From: Thermoplasmata archaeon
Lineage (GTDB): Archaea; Thermoplasmatota; Thermoplasmata; Lutacidiplasmatales; UBA184
DNA length: 64,000 nucleotides
Reading direction: 5' to 3'
Assembly: GCA_035656255.1 (NCBI GenBank)
Contig: DASRSV010000030.1
Location: 1,338-65,337, forward strand
Shown piece after piece: positions 1 through 8,918 of the stretch (position 1 is the stretch's first letter; every line of letters starts with the position of its first letter). A program made the translations under genes and the position numbers. The notes under the pieces are model-generated. The model had not been told where the DNA came from. It searched no databases and worked only from the letters and a program-made list of their open reading frames with translations.

Positions 1-555
1 CTCGTGATCCCGGTGCCGGACTCGTCGCGCCCCCAGGCGCTCGGCTTCTCCGAGGTATCGGGGATCCCGTACGCGGAGGGACTGATCAAGAACCGGTTCG
101 TCGAGCGGACGTTCATCCTCCCCGACCAGAAGCGGCGGGAGGAGGAGGTGCGCGTGAAGCTCCACCCGGTGCCGGGGATGCTGAAGGGTCGCCGGATCGT
201 GCTCGTCGACGATTCGATCGTGCGCGGCACCACCCTGCGTGAGATCGTCGGCATGGTCCGGGGCGCCGGGGCGACCTCGATCGACGTCCGGATCGGCTGC
301 CCGCCGATCGTCGCCCCTTGCTACTTCGGGATCGACATGAAGGACCGGCGGCAGCTGGTCGCGGCCGGCCGCACCGAGGAGGAGATCGCCAAGATCGTCG
401 GGGCGGAGTCGGTGAAGTACCTCTCCATCCCGGGGCTGGTGAAGGCGATCGGCTTCCGCGGGGAAGACCTCTGTACGGGCTGCCTTACGGGGCGGTATCC
501 GGTCGACGTTCCCGAAGAGCACCGCCGCTTCCAGAAGAATCTCGAGGAGTTCTAG
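1..555 (+). CDS. purF: Amidophosphoribosyltransferase, C-terminal part (5' truncated by the window edge)
   Basis: VIPVPDS, GLIKNRFVERTFI, PRPP motif LVDDSIVRGTT, PCYFGID, CTGCLTGRYP. Confidence 0.96.
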   Translation, partial: LVIPVPDSSRPQALGFSEVSGIPYAEGLIKNRFVERTFILPDQKRREEEVRVKLHPVPGMLKGRRIVLVDDSIVRGTTLREIVGMVRGAGATSIDVRIGCPPIVAPCYFGIDMKDRRQLVAAGRTEEEIAKIVGAESVKYLSIPGLVKAIGFRGEDLCTGCLTGRYPVDVPEEHRRFQKNLEEF

Positions 556-559
556 CCCG

Positions 560-1459
560 GTGGCCGGCCCGCGGCTGCTCCGCGCGGGCGGGACCCTCTT
601 CCTCGCGGCGAGCGCGTCGGGAAGATCCACGTTGTTCGAGATCGGCCGATCGCCCGTGGAAGCCGCGGCGATCGTCGAGAATCGGTTCGTTGGGTGGACC
701 AACGACCGGCTGCTCGCCGAACTGCGCGACGCCCCGGAGACCGAGGTGGTCGAACCGGCGCTGGCCGAGTGGCTACGCCGGGAAGGAGTTCGCGGGCAGC
801 TCCTAGGCGCCCCGGAATGGCGCGCGGTCACGCACGAGGCACCGGACCTTCCTCTGCTCCGGGCGTTCCTCCTCGAGCGGGCCCGGCTCGCCCTCGGACG
901 GGCGATCGCGGAGCCCGAGGCCCAGCTCGTGGCGCTCGCCCGCGAGGAGGAACGCACCGAACGGGCAGTCGATCGGGAGGCTGGAGCGGCCGACGCCTGG
1001 ATCACCGGTGGGGCCGTCGACCTGGGAGAACATGCCGACGTCTGGAAGGAGTTCCGGTCCCGATTCGCGGAGCACCATGGCCAGCTCCGGGCCCGGGTCG
1101 AGCGGCTCGCCCGCCGGGTCGTTCCGAACCTTGCCGACGTAGTGGGTCCCCGGACCGCCGCCCGCCTGATCGCGCGCGCCGGCGGTGTCGCGCCCCTCGC
1201 TCGGATGACGGCCGGGCGGATCCAGCTGCTCGGTGCGCGACGTCGCCCGCGTCCGGGGGGACCCCGCTACGGGATCCTGTACTCCGCGCTCGCGACGTTC
1301 GAGCCCCCCGCGGAATCCGCGGGGGCGTTCGCCCGGAGCCTCGCCGCGCTCGCCGCGATCGCCGCCCGTGCGGATGCAACGACCCATCGGGCCATCGGCC
1401 CCGGGCTCGCCCGTCGGCGCGACCGGCGACTGGAGTACCTTCGACGGAGGCGACGATGA
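560..1459 (+). CDS. nop5: Nop5/Nop56-58 box C/D sRNP protein (divergent)
   Basis: Nop domain PNLADVVGPRTAARLIARAGG..LARM.AGRIQLLGA and ARSLAALAAIAARAD; ATGA overlap with fibrillarin. Confidence 0.8.
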   Translation: MAGPRLLRAGGTLFLAASASGRSTLFEIGRSPVEAAAIVENRFVGWTNDRLLAELRDAPETEVVEPALAEWLRREGVRGQLLGAPEWRAVTHEAPDLPLLRAFLLERARLALGRAIAEPEAQLVALAREEERTERAVDREAGAADAWITGGAVDLGEHADVWKEFRSRFAEHHGQLRARVERLARRVVPNLADVVGPRTAARLIARAGGVAPLARMTAGRIQLLGARRRPRPGGPRYGILYSALATFEPPAESAGAFARSLAALAAIAARADATTHRAIGPGLARRRDRRLEYLRRRRR

Positions 1460-2301
1460 GCGGCTCTTTCCGGACCGACCGCCCCCCGCGCGCATCGAAC
1501 GTCTGGATTCGGGAGGAGGTACCGGCTCCCCAGCCGTACTCGGCCGGGCTCGCCGGCGAACGGCCGGTCTACGGCGAACGGGTGCTCGCTCGCGAAGGCC
1601 GGCACTGGCGTCGGTGGGATCCGCGCCGCAGCAAGCTCTCCGCGGCGTTGGTGCTCGGCTGGACCCAGCCGCTTCCCCGGGACGGCCAGCGCTGGTTGTA
1701 CCTCGGGGCCGCGTCGGGAACGACGGCGTCCCACGTCGCGGACCTGGTCGGAGTGCGCGGGGTAGTGTTCGCCATCGAGCGGAGCGTGCGGCCGTTCGGG
1801 AGGCTGATCGCGACCGCGGAATCGTACCCGAACCTCCTTCCGGTCCTCGCCGACGCGCGCGCTCCGCGGACGTACTCGGGGGACGTCCTCCCCGTCGACG
1901 GGATCTACCTCGATGTCGCGCAACCCGATCAGGTCGAGATCGCGACGGCGAACGCGGAATGGTTCCTCCGCCCAGGGGGCTCCGTCGTGCTCGCGCTCAA
2001 GACCGCGAGCTTGGCCCGCACGGTCGACCCGGCCGCCGAAGCGCGCAAGGCCGCCTCCACGCTGGCCCGGTTCGGTCGCCCGGCGCCGATCCTCGATCTC
2101 GCCCGGTTCCACCGGCGCCACTTTCTCGTCGGGGTCGGGCCGGACGGCGGACCGGCCACCGAACAGGTCGGGTTCAACCGGCCACGCGCGAGCCCCGCTG
2201 GACGACGATGGTCACCACATCCTCGTCGCGAAGGGCGTGCTCCCGACCGACGGTCTGTCCGGGGAACCGGGCGCTCGCGCCCCAGACCTGGGCCGCTTTG
2301 A
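1456..2301 (+). CDS. flpA: Fibrillarin-like rRNA/tRNA 2'-O-methyltransferase
   Basis: VYGE..WRRWDPRRSKLSAA, LYLGAASGTTASHVAD, DVAQPDQ; ATG at 1456 overlaps the nop5 stop. Confidence 0.92.
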   Translation: MSGSFRTDRPPRASNVWIREEVPAPQPYSAGLAGERPVYGERVLAREGRHWRRWDPRRSKLSAALVLGWTQPLPRDGQRWLYLGAASGTTASHVADLVGVRGVVFAIERSVRPFGRLIATAESYPNLLPVLADARAPRTYSGDVLPVDGIYLDVAQPDQVEIATANAEWFLRPGGSVVLALKTASLARTVDPAAEARKAASTLARFGRPAPILDLARFHRRHFLVGVGPDGGPATEQVGFNRPRASPAGRRWSPHPRREGRAPDRRSVRGTGRSRPRPGPL

Positions 2302-3292
2302 ACGCGGCCTCGAGCTCCCCCGGGAGGCGGCGCAGGAGGTCCGCGATCTTCTGTCCCCGCCGAAGAATGACGGGCTCCTCCTTGTCGGGGGGCCGGCCGG
2401 GCGGCTTGACGTAGATCCGGATGAACTCGAGCGCGTCCCCGATCTTCTCGACCAGCTGGTCGAGGCGGAGCCCGGTCTTGGCCGAGACGAAGGTCGGGAC
2501 GAACGGCCGCAGGGCGATGCGGAGCCGCTCCATCTCGGCGTTGGAGAGCAGGTCCGACTTGTTCACGGCGAGGATCGCCGGGAGGTAGACCCGATTGCCG
2601 GCGAGCGCGTCGATCAACTGGTCCGAGGTGGCGTCCTCGCGGATGATGATCGAACCGTTGTGCAGTTCGAACTCCCGAGCGATCCCCGCGGCGACGCCCC
2701 CGCCGAGGTGCGAGAGCTTGACCGTGCTCGAAACGGTCAGACCGCCCTTGTCGGTCGTCGCGATGGCGATCCGCGGCGGTCGACCGTTCACGCGCACCCC
2801 GGCCCCCTCGAGCTCCTCGACGAGCCCGCGCAGGTCGAGATGTTCCGGGTCGACGAGGAACAGGATGAGGTCCGTCGAGCGGACGACCGAGAGGACCTCT
2901 CGCCCCCGCCCCCGGCCCTTGGACGCCCCGGGCACGAGCCCGGGCATGTCGAGGATCTGGATCGAGGCGCCGCCGTACCGGAGCATTCCGGGGATGATCG
3001 AGACCGTCGTGAAGTCGTAGGCGCCGACCGCGCTGTCGGCCGACGTGATCCGGTTCAGGAGGGTCGACTTACCGACCGAAGGGTAGCCGACCAGCCCCAC
3101 CGTCGCGTGGCCCGACTTTCGGACCCCGTATCCGAGCCCTCCGCCGCCGCCCTTCGATCGCCGTTCCTTCTCGATGCGCGCCGCGGCGAGCTTGGCCTTG
3201 AGCTTCCCCAGGTGGAGCTGCGTCGCCTTGTTGGACGGTGTCTTGCGGATCTCCTCCTCCAAGGCGGCGATCTGCTCGTCGATCGCGCCCAT
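2174..3292 (-). CDS. DRG/OBG-family GTPase with TGS domain
   Basis: NKAT..HLG.LKAKLA, GYPSVGKSTLL, YDFTT, DMPG, NKSD, GQTVGREH.L.DEDVV. Confidence 0.95.
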   Translation of the reverse strand: MGAIDEQIAALEEEIRKTPSNKATQLHLGKLKAKLAAARIEKERRSKGGGGGLGYGVRKSGHATVGLVGYPSVGKSTLLNRITSADSAVGAYDFTTVSIIPGMLRYGGASIQILDMPGLVPGASKGRGRGREVLSVVRSTDLILFLVDPEHLDLRGLVEELEGAGVRVNGRPPRIAIATTDKGGLTVSSTVKLSHLGGGVAAGIAREFELHNGSIIIREDATSDQLIDALAGNRVYLPAILAVNKSDLLSNAEMERLRIALRPFVPTFVSAKTGLRLDQLVEKIGDALEFIRIYVKPPGRPPDKEEPVILRRGQKIADLLRRLPGELEAAFKAAQVWGASARFPGQTVGREHALRDEDVVTIVVQRGSRVAG

Positions 3293-3501
3293 CGATCCGT
3301 GCTCCTCGACGATTCATCGCGGACGATACTTGACTGTGGCGAACTCGGCGGGCCGGCGGCGCGAATCGCGCCAGAGGTCGAAGCCCCACCTCGATCCAGC
3401 TTCGAGGGAGGGACGGGATTCATCCTTCGGCGGTGGGCGGGGGACTATCGTCCCGCCCTCCGAGCGCCGGCCGTCTCCGCCCCCACCGGAGAGGAGCCCG
3501 G

Positions 3502-5886
3502 ATGGTTCGCGCCTACCGAGTCCGCGCCGGCATCCTACGGCTGGAACCGGACGACCGAGAGGCGTTCATCGCTGGACTCCACGGGGCCGTCGCCGCGGCG
3601 TTCGGCTACGGGGTGAGGCTCGGAGTACGGTGGCGCTCCGGACCCCTCGGGGGCGTCGAGCTTCTAGTGCCGGGCGCGAGGGGACTCGCGTGGAGTCGCC
3701 GGTTCCTCGTCCCTCTGTTCTCGCCGGACCGTCTTACCGAGCTCGGACCCGAAGACACGCTCCGGCCGATCGGCCCACCCCAGCGGGAATCAGTACGGGG
3801 ACCCTTGCCCCCGCTGTTGTCGGCGGGGGACGGACACCATGGCTCGTGGACCGAGACGGCGCTGGGTGGGCTCTTCGGGCTCCCGAACGGTATCACGGTC
3901 GATTTCGAGCTCCGTCCGGGTGCCGGCCTCGGGCCGCCCTCGCCCGCGCCCCGTCCGCCGGGGCTGGAGGCGATCGCGGTCCCCGACCATCATCGTCTCG
4001 CGCCGCTGACCGGCTTCGAACGAGAGAGGCGCGACCGGATCGATCTCGCGGTGACCCGGGTCCGGTGGGGGCTGGTCGGTCGCCTCCACTCGAGACTGCC
4101 CGGATCGCTCACCGAACGAGCCGCCGACCTCCTCGGGGCGCACGATGGCGTCGACCTTGGGGGCGGCTTTGCGTTCCGTCGTTGCGGGGGTCGGCGGCGC
4201 ACCGCGGATACCGTGCCGGTCGGCGACGCGACGGTGGCCGCTCTGTTCCCGTTGCCGTGGATACGAATCCCGGAGTCGGCGAGCGGTGCCCCTTCGAACC
4301 CTGTCGGCCCCGAAATCGGCCGGTCGGGAGACGGCGCGGTCTACCGTCTCCCGTGGACACCGGACGAGGGTCGCCATCTTGTGACGGTGGGCGAGACCGG
4401 CATGGGAAAGAGCACGCTGCTCGTTTCGCTGGCACGGCAGGCGCTCGACCGGCACGCCGCCGTTGTGCTCCTCGATCCGGTCGGCGATACCGGCCGCGAG
4501 CTCGTCCGACGACTGTCGCCCGCGCAGGCCGAGCGGGCCACGTGGGTCTCGGCGGCGTTCGCCCCCCGGGGGATCAACGCGCTGAGCGGGATCGGTACGG
4601 CGGAGCCGGGACCCCGGGAGCGGATCGTCGGAGACCTGGTCACCGCGCTCCGCCGCGTCCGCCTCCAACGGTTCCCCGAGTCTTCGTTCTGGGGACCGAG
4701 GATCGAGGAGATGGTTCGGCGAGCGGTGCTCGTGGCGGCGCGGATCCCCCGCGGGACGCTCGTGGAGGCGGAGGGGCTCCTCGATCCAGCCGGCCGCGTT
4801 CCGGTGGGTCTCGCCGGGCCGGAGGCGCAGTCCGCCGCCGCCCTGCGAGCGCGCGTGGTCGGACGCCCGGACGATGTGGAGGGCGCCCGGCGGCTCCTGT
4901 CCGAGATCACGCGGAACGCCGTCCTTCGACCGATGCTCTGCGCTGCGGAGCCCGATTGGACGCTGGCGGGAGCGGTCGCGCCCGATGCGTTGACGGTGGT
5001 GACCGGCGACGCGTGCGAGGTCGGTGAAACGGCGGCGCGATACCTCCTCGCCGTCTATCTGGGGCTGCTGTGGCCCGAGGTCCTGGCGCGGGCGGAGCGC
5101 TCCAAGGTGGTCGTCGTGCTCGACGAAGCCCAATGGTACGCCCACGCGAGCCTCGGTGAGATGCTCCGACTCGGTCGCCGGTTCAATCTCCACGCCTGGA
5201 TCGCCACGCAGTCGCTCGACGCGATGCCCGAGGAGGTGCGGGAGGCGGCGTTAACGAACGCCTCGGACTTTGTCGTCTTTCGCGGGGCGCCGTCCCACTC
5301 CCGAGAGCTGGCCCGCTGGACGAGCGGGCTCACCGAGGGGAGTTTCCTTCGGCTGGGACGCGGTCGCGCGATCGCCTTCCTCGGAAAGGGCGAGCGCGTC
5401 GAACCGCTCGAAGTGACGGTCTGCGGCGAGCCCGAACGACCGGGGAACGAACGTCGGGTGCTCGACCGATCCCGCGAACGCGCGCGGGACGAGCAGGGAC
5501 GGTCGTCACACGTGGAGTCGTCCGACCCGCCGGGAGGATCCGCCGTCGCGTCGGAGTCGTCCCGGGGGGAGACCGAGATCGTCGAGGTCCTGGCGACGGC
5601 CGCTAGCCTCGTCGGTTCGGCGGAGTTCCGAGCCCACACCGCGACCCTCCGAGCGGTCCTTGACGTGAAGGGTGACGCCCTTCGGCGAGTTGGGGCACTC
5701 CTCCAGCGGGAGGGAGTGCTCCTCGCGACGGGCCGGGACTGGATCGGAACGGTGTGGCGCCTCTCGCGGGAGCGCCTCGCGGCCCTCGCTGCGAAGGGGC
5801 CGGCGCCTTCGACGCAAGCCCGCGAGGGAGGGGCGGCCGCGGAAATCGTGCGGCGGGAAGGGCGTGCCGCGGTCGGGAAGCATTAA
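3502..5886 (+). CDS. HerA/FtsK-superfamily ATPase, VirD4/TrwB coupling-protein-like (DUF87)
   Basis: Walker A GETGMGKS, LLDPVGD, FWGPRIE, Walker B VVLDEAQ, GRRFNL...ATQS; ATG at 3502 follows GAGGAG. Confidence 0.8.
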   Translation: MVRAYRVRAGILRLEPDDREAFIAGLHGAVAAAFGYGVRLGVRWRSGPLGGVELLVPGARGLAWSRRFLVPLFSPDRLTELGPEDTLRPIGPPQRESVRGPLPPLLSAGDGHHGSWTETALGGLFGLPNGITVDFELRPGAGLGPPSPAPRPPGLEAIAVPDHHRLAPLTGFERERRDRIDLAVTRVRWGLVGRLHSRLPGSLTERAADLLGAHDGVDLGGGFAFRRCGGRRRTADTVPVGDATVAALFPLPWIRIPESASGAPSNPVGPEIGRSGDGAVYRLPWTPDEGRHLVTVGETGMGKSTLLVSLARQALDRHAAVVLLDPVGDTGRELVRRLSPAQAERATWVSAAFAPRGINALSGIGTAEPGPRERIVGDLVTALRRVRLQRFPESSFWGPRIEEMVRRAVLVAARIPRGTLVEAEGLLDPAGRVPVGLAGPEAQSAAALRARVVGRPDDVEGARRLLSEITRNAVLRPMLCAAEPDWTLAGAVAPDALTVVTGDACEVGETAARYLLAVYLGLLWPEVLARAERSKVVVVLDEAQWYAHASLGEMLRLGRRFNLHAWIATQSLDAMPEEVREAALTNASDFVVFRGAPSHSRELARWTSGLTEGSFLRLGRGRAIAFLGKGERVEPLEVTVCGEPERPGNERRVLDRSRERARDEQGRSSHVESSDPPGGSAVASESSRGETEIVEVLATAASLVGSAEFRAHTATLRAVLDVKGDALRRVGALLQREGVLLATGRDWIGTVWRLSRERLAALAAKGPAPSTQAREGGAAAEIVRREGRAAVGKH

Positions 5887-5913
5887 TCGTTCGACCCCTG
5901 CTAGTTATCCAGT

Positions 5914-6693
5914 GTGACCGTCCTCGCCGACGCGCTCCCCGCGTCGTCGCCCCCCGCGCTCGAGCGGTGCCGCACCGGCATCGAGGGGCTCGACAACGTG
6001 CTCTCCGGCGGGATCCCCCGCGGGAACACGGTGCTCGTCTCGGGCAACGTGGGGACGGGCAAGACGACGCTGTCGCTCGAATTCCTGGTTCGCGGCGCCG
6101 AAGCCGGGGAGAAGGGTCTCTTCCTCTCCGTGACGGAGGCGTCCGCCCGACTCATCCAGAACCTCGCGACGTTCGAGTTCTTCCGGCCCGAGCTTGTCGA
6201 CACGCGCCAGATCGTCTTCGTCGACATGCCGGTCCTCTACCAGAAGCTCGGCCTGCACCCGGACGAGCTCACCTCGGACGACATCGACGTCCTCGTGCGG
6301 AACCTGGCCGGGCTCGCGAAGGAGGTCGGGGCGAAGCGCGTCGTCGTCGATTCGCTCACGTCGGTCCTGTACCGCATCCGGCAGCCGGAGCGGGTGCGCG
6401 AATTCGTGCTCAAGGTGAGCCAGGCGCTCAACGAGCTCGACTGCACGACACTGTTCGTGAGCGAACTCGGGGGGACGGCGGGTCCGCTCGCGGGCCACGG
6501 CGTGGAGGAGGCGATCGTGGACGGCGTGATCGTCCTCGGCAACACCCGACGGCAGGGGGACATCCTGCGCGTACTCCAGGTCGTGAAGATGCGCGGGACA
6601 CCGCACTCGCGCGCGCAGTACGTGATCGAGCTCAGCCCGATCGGGCTCCTCATGGCGCCCCACCTGAAGGGCGGCCGCTCCGAGGGGGCGTAG
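5914..6693 (+). CDS. KaiC/RAD55-family ATPase (single domain, intact motifs)
   Basis: TGIEGLD..LSGGIPRG, GNVGTGKT, VVVDSL, GVEEAIVDGVI, KMRGTPH. Confidence 0.92.
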   Translation: MTVLADALPASSPPALERCRTGIEGLDNVLSGGIPRGNTVLVSGNVGTGKTTLSLEFLVRGAEAGEKGLFLSVTEASARLIQNLATFEFFRPELVDTRQIVFVDMPVLYQKLGLHPDELTSDDIDVLVRNLAGLAKEVGAKRVVVDSLTSVLYRIRQPERVREFVLKVSQALNELDCTTLFVSELGGTAGPLAGHGVEEAIVDGVIVLGNTRRQGDILRVLQVVKMRGTPHSRAQYVIELSPIGLLMAPHLKGGRSEGA

Positions 6694-6695
6694 TC

Positions 6696-7277
6696 GTGCC
6701 CGGCCCGGCAGGCGTAGCGGACCGCCTCCGCGCGCTGAGCGGGGGGTCGGCGGTCGCCCTCCGGCTGCGTCCCGAGCAGTACGCCGACCAGTACTTCGCG
6801 GCCCTCAACGCCACCCTCCGCGAGCTCGGGATGGAGACCCAGGGGCAGACGATCTTCGTCTCGGTGACCAACCCGGCGTCGCTCGTCTGGTCGCTCGCCC
6901 AGGCGCTGGACGTCCCGGCCGACCGGATCCAGTTCGTGGACGCGATCAGCCACACGATGATGAACTACCGCGACCCGCTCCCGAACGCGACGTACGTCGA
7001 GAGCCCGCGCATGCTCGAGAACATCATGCTCCGCGTCGAGTACCTGCTCAGGAAGCACCCGAACCCGCGGACGATCGTCGTCGTCGACAGCGTGAACACG
7101 CTCGCCATCCACAACTCGCCCGACCTCCTCTCGGAGTTCTTCCACATCCTGCTGAACAATCTCAAGAGCCGCCAGGTGCTCACCGTCCTGCTCGCCGTCG
7201 CCGACGACGCCAACCCCGACATCGACCAGATGCTCTCTCTGGTCGTCGACGAGACGATCGACGTCGCGGCCGGGTGA
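6696..7277 (+). CDS. Inactivated KaiC/RecA-fold protein (DUF835-like)
   Basis: IFVSVTNP, IQFVDAIS, IVVVDSVNTLAIHN; no Walker A; GTG start 3 nt after the upstream stop. Confidence 0.7.
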   Translation: MPGPAGVADRLRALSGGSAVALRLRPEQYADQYFAALNATLRELGMETQGQTIFVSVTNPASLVWSLAQALDVPADRIQFVDAISHTMMNYRDPLPNATYVESPRMLENIMLRVEYLLRKHPNPRTIVVVDSVNTLAIHNSPDLLSEFFHILLNNLKSRQVLTVLLAVADDANPDIDQMLSLVVDETIDVAAG

Positions 7278-7284
7278 GCGCTTC

Positions 7285-8061
7285 ATGGTGGTCGACCCAG
7301 TCTTCGGCATCGCCGAGATCGACGAGCCGTTCGTCCCCTTCCTCCCGGTCGGCTGGACCGGGCTCATCTCGGGGTCGACGGGAACGCACCTGCTCGCGAA
7401 GCAGTTCGCCCGCGTCGGGATCGGGACGATGCCGGTCCTGTACTACACGACCTACGAGCGGGTCGCCGACGTCGAGCGCGCGTTCCACGACTTCGGCTGG
7501 GACGCCTCCGGCATGCAGGTGCGCAATCTCGCGGGGGAGTACTACGATGAGGTGCTCGCGCGCGAGCTCGCGATCGCCCGCGTCCGCGACCGCGGGATCC
7601 GCCTGGACGAGCTCAACGGGGAGGACCGCGTGCACGTTCCCCCCCGCTCCTACGACCTCCCCCGTCGCATCGTCGCCGACCTCGCGGCGCTCGACAGCCG
7701 CTTCCGCTTCGTCCTCGACTCGGTCGACTTCCTGCTCGACGTCTGCCCCGCGCCCGAGGTCGTCAACCTCGCCCGGCAGGTGCGCTACCGGGCCCAGGCG
7801 CTCGGCGGCCAAGCGTTCCTCGTCATCCGGCCCGAGATCCACGACAAGCGGACGACCGGGGCGCTCGAGGACCTCAGCGACGTCATCGTCCGTCTTTCGG
7901 CCGAGTCGTCGACCGAGGGGGCCCGCCTGACCGTCGGGATCGACAAGGTACGGAACCACCCGGAACGCGGCCGGCTCGTCCACCTCGGCGTCGGGCCCAC
8001 CGGGCTCACGGTGGCCGGCGCGGACGGTGACCCCAGCGCCACCAAGTCAAAGTCGCGCTAG
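7285..8061 (+). CDS. Degenerate KaiC/RAD55-like protein
   Basis: FGIAEID, broken P-loop GSTGTH, YYTTYE, FVLDSV, LSDVIVRL, DKVRNH. Confidence 0.75.
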   Translation: MVVDPVFGIAEIDEPFVPFLPVGWTGLISGSTGTHLLAKQFARVGIGTMPVLYYTTYERVADVERAFHDFGWDASGMQVRNLAGEYYDEVLARELAIARVRDRGIRLDELNGEDRVHVPPRSYDLPRRIVADLAALDSRFRFVLDSVDFLLDVCPAPEVVNLARQVRYRAQALGGQAFLVIRPEIHDKRTTGALEDLSDVIVRLSAESSTEGARLTVGIDKVRNHPERGRLVHLGVGPTGLTVAGADGDPSATKSKSR

Positions 8062-8108
8062 TACACGTTAATTAGCGCCCGTCGGTCAGAATACTCCGGG
8101 AGTCCCGG

Positions 8109-8885
8109 ATGGAAGACGTCCTCGTCCGCATGCTGGACAAGGTCCAGCTCACGAACCCGGTGTTCGTCGAAGGCCTCCCCGGCGTGGGGAACGTCGGCAA
8201 GCTCGCGGCCGACTACCTCAAGGAGAAGCTCGGGGCCAAACCGCTGGCGACGATCCACTCGAAGTTCTTCCCGCCGCAGGTCTACGTGAACGAGGAGGGG
8301 ATCATCCGCCTCGTCTCGAACGAGCTCGCCTACTGGAAGGCGAAGGGGTCGGGCCAGCGCGACCTCCTGATCCTGGGCGGCGACTACCAAGGGATCTCCC
8401 CCGAAGGACAGTACGAGCTGACCCAGAAGACGCTCGAGATTGTCCACCAGCACGGCGCGAAGGAGCTCTACACGCTCGCGGGCTTCGCTCAGGGCCACGT
8501 CGTCGAGACGCCGCGCGTCCTCGGCGCCGCGACCTCGATGGAGCGCGTCGAGGCGCTCAAGAAGCACGGCGTCGTCTTCTCCCGCAACGACCCCGGCGGC
8601 GGGCTCATCGGGGCGAGCGGCCTCTTCCTCGGCCTCGGACGCCTCTTCGACATGGAGGGGGTCTGTCTGATGGGGGAGACCAGCGGCTACTTCGTCGACC
8701 CGCGGAGCGCCGAGGCGGTCCTGAAGGTCCTCGCGAAGGTCCTCAACATCGACCTCGACTTCTCGGACCTCGAGGCGAAGGCGAAGGAGATCGACCGGAT
8801 CGCCCAGAAGATCCACGAGGTCGAGGCGAAGGGGGCCGAGTCGTCCCCGACGTCCACGCGCGAAGACCTGGGATACATCGGCTAG
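8109..8885 (+). CDS. Proteasome assembly chaperone family protein (PAC2)
   Basis: EGLPGVGNVGKLAADYL, FPPQV, IGASGLFLG, CLMGETSGYFVDP. Confidence 0.93.
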   Translation: MEDVLVRMLDKVQLTNPVFVEGLPGVGNVGKLAADYLKEKLGAKPLATIHSKFFPPQVYVNEEGIIRLVSNELAYWKAKGSGQRDLLILGGDYQGISPEGQYELTQKTLEIVHQHGAKELYTLAGFAQGHVVETPRVLGAATSMERVEALKKHGVVFSRNDPGGGLIGASGLFLGLGRLFDMEGVCLMGETSGYFVDPRSAEAVLKVLAKVLNIDLDFSDLEAKAKEIDRIAQKIHEVEAKGAESSPTSTREDLGYIG

Positions 8886-8918
8886 GCCTCGGGTCGCCCC
8901 GGGCCCGAGCCGCGTCCG

